In this document: piece after piece, positions 1 through 8,066 of the stretch | How positions within the stretch are numbered: position 1 is the stretch's first letter | How the letters are laid out: the number at the start of each line of letters is the position of its first letter | Virus record (IMG/VR): IMGVR_UViG_3300001919_000035 | Coordinates: 10,257 to 74,256 of that record | From: a virus | Lineage: Duplodnaviria > Caudoviricetes | Reading direction: 5' to 3' (one strand) | Length of the DNA stretch: 64,000 nt | The notes under the pieces: generated by a model | Database searches by the model: none | Told to the model about the DNA's origin: nothing | The model's input: only the letters and a program-made list of their open reading frames with translations | Made by a program: the position numbers and the translations under genes

Positions 1-216
1 TTTAGTAATACCTAATGTTGAAATTATATGCTTTCTATTTAATCTATTAGCAATATTCTTATTCTCATTTGGTCCTTTTACATAGTTAATATCTAGTCTT
101 ATAAATTCGGCCATTAATTCTAGTTCTCTATCTGTTAGCCGAAGAATACCATTAAGTGACATTAGAAACTCTGTGATGAGATCATCTCGATCAACAGACT
201 TTACTAATTTATTCAT
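1..216 (-). CDS. Partial (runs off the window edge) hypothetical protein, possibly HTH DNA-binding
   Basis: Not in the ORF track. ATG at 216 overlaps the stop of 209..691 and reads MNKLVKSVDRDDLITEFLMSLNGILRLTDRELELMAEF... open to position 1. Confidence 0.65.
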   Translation of the reverse strand, partial: MNKLVKSVDRDDLITEFLMSLNGILRLTDRELELMAEFIRLDINYVKGPNENKNIANRLNRKHIISTLGITK

Positions 217-691
217 TACTTTTATCTTTATCTACATCTAAGATTTGCTTTACAGCTTTAATAAACTTCAACAGATTACAATTAACTGTTTCACATTCTA
301 CTTTTACACAAGTCTGAACTTTACCTTCTTCATAATCAGATTGAATCTTAGCAATATTATCTTCATACTTCTTAGTACAATCATCCAAAAATGCTTCAAG
401 TGCAATCAACTTCAATTCTGCTGTAGATGGAATGTTTTCTTCATCTTCTGAATCCTCAATAGTTATTTCTGCACCCCAAGGTTGCAAGTTACCACCTTTT
501 ACTAAAGAATCAATATAGTTCATATTGATAGACATATAACGTGAATTTGTGCCTTTCTTCGTAGTCTTAGTATCTTCCATTTCGTATTCAGCATATTCTT
601 CATTTCCATCAAATGAATCTACATCCAATCTAAAGATATCACCTACTTTAGCACAACCAAACGGTTTAATTACTTTATATTCTGTTCTCAT
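209..691 (-). CDS. Hypothetical protein, 160 aa
   Basis: Long ORF tightly packed with co-oriented neighbours. Confidence 0.75.
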   Translation of the reverse strand: MRTEYKVIKPFGCAKVGDIFRLDVDSFDGNEEYAEYEMEDTKTTKKGTNSRYMSINMNYIDSLVKGGNLQPWGAEITIEDSEDEENIPSTAELKLIALEAFLDDCTKKYEDNIAKIQSDYEEGKVQTCVKVECETVNCNLLKFIKAVKQILDVDKDKSNE

Positions 692-695
692 TTCT

Positions 696-998
696 TTACT
701 TGTTTATTTGTTTAACCATCAATTCTACCCACTTATTAATATCAAAATCAGCATCTCCTTCTTTAACTGTACTAGCACCATTATTAGTAGTATATTGCTT
801 TGCTTGGTTCATAAATGAATAAGCTTGCATTAACTGCATAGTGGTTAAGTCTAATTTGTATGCATTATCCTTACTTGGATTATTCATATCTTTAGGAATA
901 CTCATTCTATATTGATCATTAGGTAGTTTTTCTATCCATTCTGATAGACCTAGATTCTTAATCATAGTATCTACCATATTACTATTTCCTAACACCAT
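696..998 (-). CDS. Hypothetical protein, ~100 aa
   Basis: ORF in the leftward operon, with a candidate promoter at 1006-1032 just upstream. Confidence 0.7.
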   Translation of the reverse strand: MVLGNSNMVDTMIKNLGLSEWIEKLPNDQYRMSIPKDMNNPSKDNAYKLDLTTMQLMQAYSFMNQAKQYTTNNGASTVKEGDADFDINKWVELMVKQINK

Positions 999-1005
999 GA
1001 CTATA

Positions 1006-1032
1006 TAACGTAATAGTATTAATTTTGTTGTA
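1006..1032 (-). promoter_or_regulatory. Candidate late promoter, copy A (TACAACA-N14-ACGTTA)
   Basis: Variant of the four-copy motif, immediately upstream of ORF 696..998. Confidence 0.5.
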
Positions 1033-1045
1033 TATTTTATGCAAT

Positions 1046-1080
1046 AAAAAAGCCTATACTTCTTTTTTGAGTATAGGCTT
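1046..1080 (-). terminator. Intrinsic terminator
   Basis: AAGCCTATACT/AGTATAGGCTT 11-bp stem followed by a T-run on the minus strand, downstream of 1111..1497. Confidence 0.75.
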
Positions 1081-1110
1081 AATAATTTATATTAAAAATC
1101 CAACTAAATA

Positions 1111-1497
1111 CTAGGCACCTCGCTTGATAAAAGCTACTACATTATATGGGTTAACTAGTTGGCTATCCTTAAACAAGTCAAATGAAACTGCCCCTTTACC
1201 AGGGTAAGCTACCAAATCTCCTACTTCTGGATGATTATCTTTATCTTGCCATTCATAACCAGTAGGAATAGCTAGAACTACACCTTTCTTAAAGTTTGCA
1301 GGTACTTTCTTTACTTCACTTTTAGTTTCATACTGATCAATACCATCTTTATCTTTCTTACCAGTCGCAACTGGTTCTGATATTTCTTTCTCTACAAATT
1401 CTTCAGGTAGTGGTTTTACTAAAATATCTCGAGTAAACGTATACTCGACTTTTTCTACTACTTGTTTCAACAAGATTTTATCTTTATCCTCTGCCAT
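1111..1497 (-). CDS. GroES-like co-chaperonin fold protein
   Basis: ILVKP...KGVVLAI...EVGDLVAY...LVNPYNVVAFI resembles the Cpn10 strand pattern. Confidence 0.55.
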   Translation of the reverse strand: MAEDKDKILLKQVVEKVEYTFTRDILVKPLPEEFVEKEISEPVATGKKDKDGIDQYETKSEVKKVPANFKKGVVLAIPTGYEWQDKDNHPEVGDLVAYPGKGAVSFDLFKDSQLVNPYNVVAFIKRGA

Positions 1498-1519
1498 AAT
1501 TACTTTTTATTTCTAGCTA

Positions 1520-1546
1520 TAACGTTACTTATTCTTAAATGTTCTA
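1520..1546 (-). promoter_or_regulatory. Candidate late promoter, copy B (TAGAACA-N14-ACGTTA)
   Basis: Ends 22 nt upstream of the ATG at 1497. Confidence 0.6.
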
Positions 1547-1729
1547 TTGTTTATGAAATATTACTCCACCTGTGCAGCATGTTTTTCTAGCTAAATCTGG
1601 GCAGTCCAGATTTTGATAGAAACAACATCCATCACACCATCCTTTAGGATGTTTCTCTATTGTGTATACTTCATCATTTACTATAATAAACCCTTCTCTT
1701 AGAGCTTGATGTGCTTCTGGTTCTCCCAT
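1544..1729 (-). CDS. Small Cys-rich protein, possibly metal-binding
   Basis: WCDGCCF...CPDLARKTCC in a 61-aa ORF. Confidence 0.6.
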   Translation of the reverse strand: MGEPEAHQALREGFIIVNDEVYTIEKHPKGWCDGCCFYQNLDCPDLARKTCCTGGVIFHKQ

Positions 1730-1924
1730 TGTTAATCTTCGTAATTAAATTCACCATTATCGTAATCTACTGGTAATTCAAAATCATTATAAAAGTAAAA
1801 TTCATCATCCATATATAATAGTATATAGTATATTAATAGTAATTATCTAGAGTAAGGATAACTTATTAAGTTCTATCTGCATATTAACTGCATATACTAC
1901 TATTACTCCTACTTTGGATAGTAG

Positions 1925-1952
1925 TAACGTATATAGTTTGATATTTGTTCTA
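1925..1952 (-). promoter_or_regulatory. Candidate late promoter, copy C (TAGAACA-N15-ACGTTA)
   Basis: Motif copy in an intergenic region upstream of leftward small ORFs. Confidence 0.55.
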
Positions 1953-2136
1953 TTCTTCTGATAAATCTTGTAGAGTTTTTCTCTCTAATTCTACCCATAT
2001 TTCATTACAAAAACGGGCTTGAACAGTGCTTAATAGCGATTCTAACTCCTCTGGTAGATCTCCGTTTTCCCTATAGTACTCATATGCTTTGTCTTCAATA
2101 GTATCCATATTTTTAACATTATTTAAGATTATTTAA

Positions 2137-2325
2137 CTATACTAAAGTCATACTATCGTATAAATTATCTTTAGTATTACAGAATAATTCAACACTTTTA
2201 ATATTTTCTCCTTCTAAATCTATTTCTAATATAATAGTTTCATCTACTTTTTGATAGATTTTATACGTATCATATTCTTTTATACATATAAATCCATGAT
2301 CTTCTAACCATTTAGCTGTACTCAT
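2137..2325 (-). CDS. Small hypothetical protein
   Basis: 62-aa ORF co-oriented with neighbours. Confidence 0.6.
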   Translation of the reverse strand: MSTAKWLEDHGFICIKEYDTYKIYQKVDETIILEIDLEGENIKSVELFCNTKDNLYDSMTLV

Positions 2326-2350
2326 TTTAACATAATTTATATATTTTTAA

Positions 2351-2551
2351 CTATTCTACATAATCATCATAGATCATTACTACTAATTCTATGCCATTCT
2401 CTATATGTAACTTATCATATGGTAGATCTACTATTACTCCATTAGCACTTTCACAAGCTATAGTTTTTAGTTCTTCCATAGAATTTATTTCTATTACCTT
2501 ATTTTCTTTCCCATACAGGCTGTCACTTGCCTTTGTTAATAAACATTTCAT
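2351..2551 (-). CDS. Small hypothetical protein
   Basis: 66-aa ORF with an A/T-rich upstream region. Confidence 0.6.
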   Translation of the reverse strand: MKCLLTKASDSLYGKENKVIEINSMEELKTIACESANGVIVDLPYDKLHIENGIELVVMIYDDYVE

Positions 2552-2783
2552 AATTTGTTATTAGTTTAATGCCAGCTCCAATAATATACATTGTTATATC
2601 TATAGTAATATACAGTATCGTCTGTATTTGGTTTACTTGTGATTCTATTCTCTTCTAATAAATCTTTCCACCATTTTGAACGCCCATATATACATTTTTT
2701 AGATTTTACGTGCTCTGTTATTTCTTCTATACTCATAATAATTCTATTAATTATAAATAAAAGGGCACCGAAGTGCCCCTTAA

Positions 2784-2993
2784 TTATCGCCTGTATTCAG
2801 CTTCAATTTTCTGTTCTGTCGTACGTTTCATAATAATCTCTTCTATCCAGGCTAATGCTGCATCAAACCCAGCACAAAAAGCTGCTTTGGAGATGTGGTC
2901 TGATTCTTTCTTATAACATTCGTATTCACGATGCATTTCTGTCTCTTTGATGCGGTCATCTCCTATAACCTCATATAAGTATTTTCTAAACAT
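2784..2993 (-). CDS. Small hypothetical protein
   Basis: 69-aa ORF, first leftward gene after the divergence point. Confidence 0.6.
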   Translation of the reverse strand: MFRKYLYEVIGDDRIKETEMHREYECYKKESDHISKAAFCAGFDAALAWIEEIIMKRTTEQKIEAEYRR

Positions 2994-3063
2994 ATTGATT
3001 ATTTTTATTATTGATTAACATTATTTAACTTTTTAAATCTTTACATTATGATATATCTAGTAC

Positions 3064-3090
3064 TAACGTATGTAATACCGTAATGTTCTA
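3064..3090 (-). promoter_or_regulatory. Candidate late promoter, copy D (TAGAACA-N14-ACGTTA)
   Basis: Motif copy upstream of the first leftward gene. Confidence 0.6.
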
Positions 3091-3201
3091 CAAAAATTTT
3101 TTATAAAATAAATTTTCATGGGGAATTATTGAGAGGGGAAATATATATATAAACATCCCCCTCCCCATGCAGCAAGAAGGAAATACCCCCGGTACTACAT
3201 T

Positions 3202-3237
3202 ATGCACCAAATCAATTTCCTTTGTCAGTTATTGTGA
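3202..3237 (+). promoter_or_regulatory. Candidate early promoter, copy 1 (ATGCACCAA-N20-ATTGTGA)
   Basis: Three-copy motif with fixed spacing, upstream of the first rightward gene. Confidence 0.55.
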
Positions 3238-3262
3238 TTATTAACGTTAAAATTTAAAGATT

Positions 3263-3670
3263 ATGTTGTGTAATGTAATTACTCTGGAAGCTAAACAAGC
3301 TTCCAATGAGAATTGGTATGTTAACATCGTGGCTCAACCTGCTGATGATGCATGGGCTGAAGAGCTCAAGTATCGTATGTGGTGTAGTGAAGCATTAGCT
3401 GGGAGACTGACAGCTAACAAACCTGCTACGATAGAGTTGCACAAGGTTAGTGTAAAGGTAGAACCATTTCAACGTGTTGATGATGACGGCACTATCAATG
3501 ACAAAGTCTTCGATTCACTTACTGTAGTTGTTAGGCAACACAAAGGTGAAGATGTAGATGATGCCGTCAAAATGGCTAACAAGCTTCGCAATCAGTTGTT
3601 AAACGATGGCAAAGTGGTTGCTGTAGAGGCTGATGCATTTGAGGGTGCTATAGGTGATCTACCAGAGTAA
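3263..3670 (+). CDS. Early protein, paralog of 4236..4826
   Basis: Aligns by eye with 4236..4826 (C.VI...N.Y.....P..D.WA...Y.M...EA...EPF.RV...VF....VV.R). Confidence 0.75.
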   Translation: MLCNVITLEAKQASNENWYVNIVAQPADDAWAEELKYRMWCSEALAGRLTANKPATIELHKVSVKVEPFQRVDDDGTINDKVFDSLTVVVRQHKGEDVDDAVKMANKLRNQLLNDGKVVAVEADAFEGAIGDLPE

Positions 3671-3698
3671 GGACAAGGGCTTCGGCCCTTTCCTTTTT
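3671..3698 (+). terminator. Intrinsic terminator
   Basis: AAGGGC-TTCG-GCCCTT hairpin followed by TCCTTTTT right after the stop codon. Confidence 0.8.
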
Positions 3699-3704
3699 AC
3701 TACT

Positions 3705-3740
3705 ATGCACCAAGTTTATTTCCCTTTTAGCTGATTGTGA
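3705..3740 (+). promoter_or_regulatory. Candidate early promoter, copy 2
   Basis: ATGCACCAA-N20-ATTGTGA directly after a terminator. Confidence 0.55.
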
Positions 3741-3776
3741 GGAATATTCTGATCATAATTATAAAATTGTTATATC

Positions 3777-3974
3777 ATGTTAGCAGTAATTAGATGTTAT
3801 AAACACGCAATGCCATTAGTAGTGGAAGTATTTGAAAAATGTGATGAACAGTCTCAGAAAGATGCTGTTGAATTAGCAGCTATTTTAAGTAGAAAGAACA
3901 ATTGTGAGTATAAAGTCCTGATTGATCTATCTTGTGCTGATGTTGTTAATGATCGTGAACCATTTCAGAAATAA
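3777..3974 (+). CDS. Small early protein
   Basis: 65-aa ORF between motif copy 2 and a hairpin (AAATAGGC-TTTAT-GCCTATTT, ~3977-3997). Confidence 0.65.
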   Translation: MLAVIRCYKHAMPLVVEVFEKCDEQSQKDAVELAAILSRKNNCEYKVLIDLSCADVVNDREPFQK

Positions 3975-4007
3975 GAAATAGGCTTTATGCCTATTTTCTT
4001 ACTAATC

Positions 4008-4044
4008 ATGCACCAAGTCAAATTACCCTTTTAGAATATTGTGA
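4008..4044 (+). promoter_or_regulatory. Candidate early promoter, copy 3
   Basis: ATGCACCAA-N21-ATTGTGA directly after a terminator-like hairpin. Confidence 0.55.
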
Positions 4045-4235
4045 TGAATGAAGGATATGCTATGGTTGAGAGTGTGATGGATAGACGGTTTTTCTTATGT
4101 TTCTGCTTTTAGTAGATGCTCTTCTGGCCTGTTTCAAAGCCTCCTTTATATTTCTACATTTCCGCTCATATATAATATATAGCACATCCTCATTCTGATC
4201 AATTAAACAATTAAACAACTAAATTATCAAGCATT

Positions 4236-4826
4236 ATGAAATGTCAAGTTATTGCACACGAATTTAACACTTCTGAAAACGGTAATATCTACTGTAAACT
4301 AGAAGTAAAGCCCGTAAATGATGAATGGGCTGCCTCATTTAATTATGTTATGTTTGTAACAGAAGCTATGCAAACAACATTAGAGGCAAACTTTCCTAAG
4401 TTTATATACTTAGAGGAAAAGCGTATAAAAACACCTGAACCATTCTATAGAGTATGGGCTACAGACGGACCAGGTTATTCACAAGGAGAATTTGTATCTC
4501 GTCCTAACAGAGAAGATCCAAATAATCCTACGCTTATCGTATTTAATGACATAAAAGTCGTTATACGAACTATGCCTGATGGTACACCAGCAAGAGGTGA
4601 AGATGCTGAGAAACTATTAGAATCTCAGTGGAACAGAGGTATTGCTAATGGTACTATTATACCAGTATCATATTATGGTGCAGATCCGGCTACAGATCCA
4701 GCAACTACTGCAGATCCATTTGCAGGAGCAACCACTGCAGATCCAACAGTAGCTGAAGATAAACAGCCTGAAGCAACTAACAAGGCTCAGGCTAGACCAG
4801 GTATTACAGTACCAGGTCGTCGTTAA
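4236..4826 (+). CDS. Early protein, paralog of 3263..3670, with an A/D/P/T-rich tail
   Basis: Similarity to 3263..3670; C-terminal ADP/TTADP repeats. Confidence 0.8.
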   Translation: MKCQVIAHEFNTSENGNIYCKLEVKPVNDEWAASFNYVMFVTEAMQTTLEANFPKFIYLEEKRIKTPEPFYRVWATDGPGYSQGEFVSRPNREDPNNPTLIVFNDIKVVIRTMPDGTPARGEDAEKLLESQWNRGIANGTIIPVSYYGADPATDPATTADPFAGATTADPTVAEDKQPEATNKAQARPGITVPGRR

Positions 4827-4944
4827 TAATCACAGGGTAGGATAGTCGAAAGATTGTCCTACTCACTATTTAAGAAAACTCCCTATAACCTGCATATTGT
4901 GAATGTAGGCCTAGGTTATTTATTAACTTTTAAACATTTTTTAT

Positions 4945-5118
4945 ATGGAGGAACAACCTAAAAAGCCTCGAGTAAGGCTTACAGGCAAAGTGTTCTATAT
5001 AATCGCAGTGTTTATTTATATTTCAATATTTGCACATTTGTTGCCCACTGGTGCAGCAGGTTTGTTCATAATATTGAATATAATAATTGCATGTGCATTA
5101 TATAACGCTTACAAGTAA
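4945..5118 (+). CDS. Small membrane protein, 57 aa
   Basis: Not in the track. MEEQPKKPRVRLTGKVFYIIAVFIYISIFAHLLPTGAAGLFIILNIIIACALYNAYK*, two hydrophobic segments. Confidence 0.6.
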   Translation: MEEQPKKPRVRLTGKVFYIIAVFIYISIFAHLLPTGAAGLFIILNIIIACALYNAYK

Positions 5119-5194
5119 GGGAGGTCAGCTACACATTGCGAGTATAGTGTGTAGTTCGCTGCCTATCATACTAAGGTGACAATAAGTATGTGAT

Positions 5195-5267
5195 TCTCTA
5201 TTAGCTCAGTTGAGTAGAGCGTATGATTTGGGTCATAAGGTCACTGGTTCAAGTCCAGTATAGAGAA
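5195..5267 (+). tRNA. tRNA-Pro(TGG)-like with a 6-nt anticodon loop
   Basis: Acceptor TCTCTAT/ATAGAGA, D GCTC/GAGC, anticodon stem TATGA/TCATA with loop TTTGGG, T-arm ACTGG-TTCAAGT-CCAGT; no encoded CCA. Confidence 0.7.
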
Positions 5268-5272
5268 CAAAT

Positions 5273-5473
5273 TTGTGTATTATGAATAAAGAAAAAATAA
5301 ACAATTTAATATCAGAGTTAAAAGAAATATCTGATAATCATCTACGTCGGTGTAACATGGATGAAGAATGCGATCATAGTAGAGCAGATAATATCTTAGT
5401 TGAAATTATTAAAGAATTAGGATATCCTGAAGTAGAAGAATATTTTAATAATATTAAAAAATGGTACGCATAA
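5273..5473 (+). CDS. Small hypothetical protein
   Basis: ORF with EECDHSRADNILVEIIKELGY; real start may be the second Met. Confidence 0.65.
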   Translation: MCIMNKEKINNLISELKEISDNHLRRCNMDEECDHSRADNILVEIIKELGYPEVEEYFNNIKKWYA

Positions 5474-5501
5474 AATATTAATCATTAAAATAGTTTTTAA
5501 T

Positions 5502-5642
5502 ATGAGTCAATTTAAAAAGAATTTAAAAGATGCGTGGGAAGAAAATCGAGTCCCATTTATTATTAACTTGTTAGCAGTGGTTCTTTCTATAATTGCTTTA
5601 ATATTATCAACTATTTGTATGATAGAAGAATATTGGAGTTAA
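5502..5642 (+). CDS. Small membrane protein, 46 aa
   Basis: Not in the track. MSQFKKNLKDAWEENRVPFIINLLAVVLSIIALILSTICMIEEYWS*. Confidence 0.55.
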   Translation: MSQFKKNLKDAWEENRVPFIINLLAVVLSIIALILSTICMIEEYWS

Positions 5643-5834
5643 CTGTAGGATAATTGAATCTATAGTAGTAAATACAGTTAACGAGGTTCGAATCCTAAAA
5701 AACTCAATAACTTCCCAAGACATTGAGGGCACCAGTTTCTTAGTTATCCGTTCTTGTCAAACGGATGTAATAGATTACAGTTGCATGTAAGATTCTAAGT
5801 TTTAGGTGTAAAATGCAATTAAAAATTTAATAAT

Positions 5835-6077
5835 ATGATAAAAGTAGTAGAACAGCCTGCAGTAATATATGATAAAATATTACTTATCCGGGCTAACACA
5901 AGAGTAGAGGATATGCAGACTATTTTATTACAGATGCATATTACTATTTCATCCATTATGGATGTGCAAACAACTTATTATGTTGTAGATCTCTTAAACG
6001 ATAAACAATATCCGTTTAAATACATTGGTGATGCTTTTACTAAGTATGATGAAATAAAAGCAAATATGTCACAATAA
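5835..6077 (+). CDS. Hypothetical protein
   Basis: 80-aa ORF in the rightward block. Confidence 0.6.
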   Translation: MIKVVEQPAVIYDKILLIRANTRVEDMQTILLQMHITISSIMDVQTTYYVVDLLNDKQYPFKYIGDAFTKYDEIKANMSQ

Positions 6078-6106
6078 AGGTATAAAATTCTTAAAACATA
6101 ATCAAT

Positions 6107-6400
6107 ATGAAAGAGAAAGAAAGAGCAAGTAAATTAGGTGAACTATTACATATGGATATTCCAGAAGAAGTAGCTAAAGCTTTTAAGGAAAAAAGAAAGA
6201 GGAAATATAAATTCCATAAACAGAATTGTAATAGTACAGTACGTGTAACAATCAAATGTAACAATACTACTATATCATTAGTTGGTACACATGCATTTGA
6301 ATGGTCTATAATCAAAGAAATGAGTGGTAAAGTAATAATCACTACATTTCCTAAAAGAGAAAATGCAATCAATGAGTTTAAGAAATACAAGTCTAAGTAA
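6107..6400 (+). CDS. Basic hypothetical protein
   Basis: 97-aa ORF in the rightward block. Confidence 0.6.
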   Translation: MKEKERASKLGELLHMDIPEEVAKAFKEKRKRKYKFHKQNCNSTVRVTIKCNNTTISLVGTHAFEWSIIKEMSGKVIITTFPKRENAINEFKKYKSK

Positions 6401-6792
6401 ACTGATATGTATATATCCAGCATATGAAGTGATATGCAACTTTCATAAAAATAAACTTCTCTAGAGTAAATAACAACCTCATCGTAGATAAATAAGACTG
6501 CCGCATATTTACTGCCGCAGCATTATCAGGTTCTAGAGTCTAGTAGACTTAATATGTTGGGCTGAACGAATGTCTACAACAGTCGAAGCAAATAGTTATT
6601 TAAAAAGAACTCTTGTAAAAACTCATGATATAACAAGTATGTAAATCTAAAGGACACATTCTCAGATAACATGTGAATGGACTATGAGAAACTAATCTTA
6701 AGTAAGAACAGTAGCCTGATCGCATATCTTAGTATTACTTAAGATTTTTTATTTGAATCAAACAACAAAAACATAATTTTAAATCAATTAAA

Positions 6793-6972
6793 ATGAAACA
6801 AGTAGAAGCAACAAAAAATCCTAGTCCTTTTGAAAAGGCTAAACAAGCTGTATATTATCATTCCGATTGTATTCTTTTAACAAAAGAAGAATATCAAGAA
6901 CTCTGTAAGTATAAAGGATTATACCTTGATTTAAAAGGTGAAATCACTAAAATGGCTGAATCATGGAAGTAA
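6793..6972 (+). CDS. Small hypothetical protein, 59 aa
   Basis: Not in the track. MKQVEATKNPSPFEKAKQAVYYHSDC...AESWK*, overlaps the start of the next gene. Confidence 0.55.
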   Translation: MKQVEATKNPSPFEKAKQAVYYHSDCILLTKEEYQELCKYKGLYLDLKGEITKMAESWK

Positions 6973-7376
6973 CAGGAATGATAATTGTTGCAAGCATTAC
7001 TCTAGTAATATCTTTACTTGTACATAAATGTAAGGTAGAGAAAACTAGAGCAAGAAAACTACAAACAGTAGATAACACTATAATATCTCTGTTTAGGCTA
7101 AAATCAGAAGTCCTAAATATTAAAGATGCAGCACATTCTGCATTAATAATATCACGGATTAATTCTTTTATCATTGATAAAGAAAATTCAGACTTATTTT
7201 GTGTTTGTATTAAATATGAATATGAAAAAGTAATTAGTTCTAGTAAAGTTAGCAAATACATGCGTAATGATGTAGAACTGGAAGATATTGCTGATAAAAG
7301 AGTAAACTCTTTAGAATACATAAATTATCTTATATATCAACTAGATAAGTTGAGAAAACAGATAATTTATTCATAA
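6963..7376 (+). CDS. Hypothetical protein with an N-terminal hydrophobic segment
   Basis: 137-aa ORF. Confidence 0.65.
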   Translation: MEVTGMIIVASITLVISLLVHKCKVEKTRARKLQTVDNTIISLFRLKSEVLNIKDAAHSALIISRINSFIIDKENSDLFCVCIKYEYEKVISSSKVSKYMRNDVELEDIADKRVNSLEYINYLIYQLDKLRKQIIYS

Positions 7377-7385
7377 CTACAACAT

Positions 7386-7497
7386 CCGCGAATAGTGAAA
7401 GAATACATTTGGTACACACTATATAATGTTAATAGGAGTTTAATATTATATAAGATATGATGCATCTATCTTGTAGGTTCGAATCCTACTTCGCGGA
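7386..7497 (+). ncRNA. tRNA-like RNA with enlarged arms, 112 nt
   Basis: Acceptor CCGCGAA/TTCGCGG plus A, T-arm GTAGG-TTCGAAT-CCTAC, three internal hairpins, one an 11-bp stem with a 7-nt loop TAGGAGT. Confidence 0.65.
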
Positions 7498-7519
7498 CTT
7501 TACTAACTGTAATAATATT

Positions 7520-7894
7520 ATGGATAAGAATTTTGCGCATTTTCTTAAACACAAAGGTTATCATCCATATGAATTAAGTCCAAAAGATCGTAAATTCTTT
7601 TATTTGAAGGATCCAGAATTTATATCATCTTATGGACCAGTATTTGTAGAATGGTTCCCTGAATTTAGAGGTACAGAAGTATTTGTACTTGATGTGGATA
7701 GAAGTAGAAACTTCGTATACGGTCTACATGAAAAGGGTCATCCACCTTGTTTAATTTATCCTAGACCTGCAGTATTAATAGAAGAGCAGGTTAAACATTA
7801 TTATTCTGATTATATAATAGATAGAATATTTGAGAAATATACGTGCGAAGAAATTTATCGTGCTATAATAGGCAATTTCTTACTTATTCTATAA
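7520..7894 (+). CDS. Hypothetical protein
   Basis: In frame with track ORF 7457..7894; start moved to ATG 7520 because the upstream part overlaps the tRNA-like element. Confidence 0.65.
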   Translation: MDKNFAHFLKHKGYHPYELSPKDRKFFYLKDPEFISSYGPVFVEWFPEFRGTEVFVLDVDRSRNFVYGLHEKGHPPCLIYPRPAVLIEEQVKHYYSDYIIDRIFEKYTCEEIYRAIIGNFLLIL

Positions 7895-7895
7895 T

Positions 7896-8041
7896 GAGAT
7901 ACATAGTTTAAGCAATAGCATAGGTAAAACTTTATACGCGCTAATTACTCTTTGGGAATACTCTCCAGAATGGATTTATGTTAGTACCGAACACTACAGT
8001 GTGTGTATAAAATACAAAGTTCGAATCTTTGTTGTATCTTA
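7896..8041 (+). ncRNA. tRNA-like RNA with an expanded anticodon domain, 146 nt
   Basis: GAGATACA/TGTATCTT closing stem, T-arm ACAAAG-TTCGAAT-CTTTGT, 10-bp TTATACGCGC/GTGTGTATAA internal stem. Confidence 0.6.
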
Positions 8042-8066
8042 CTTTAGATATCCTAAATAAAATTAT

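Noticed and set aside
5636-5705. Additional tRNA-like element (AGG-TTCGAAT-CCT)
   Set aside because: The T-stem is only 3 bp and does not stack on a closing helix; too weak to call.
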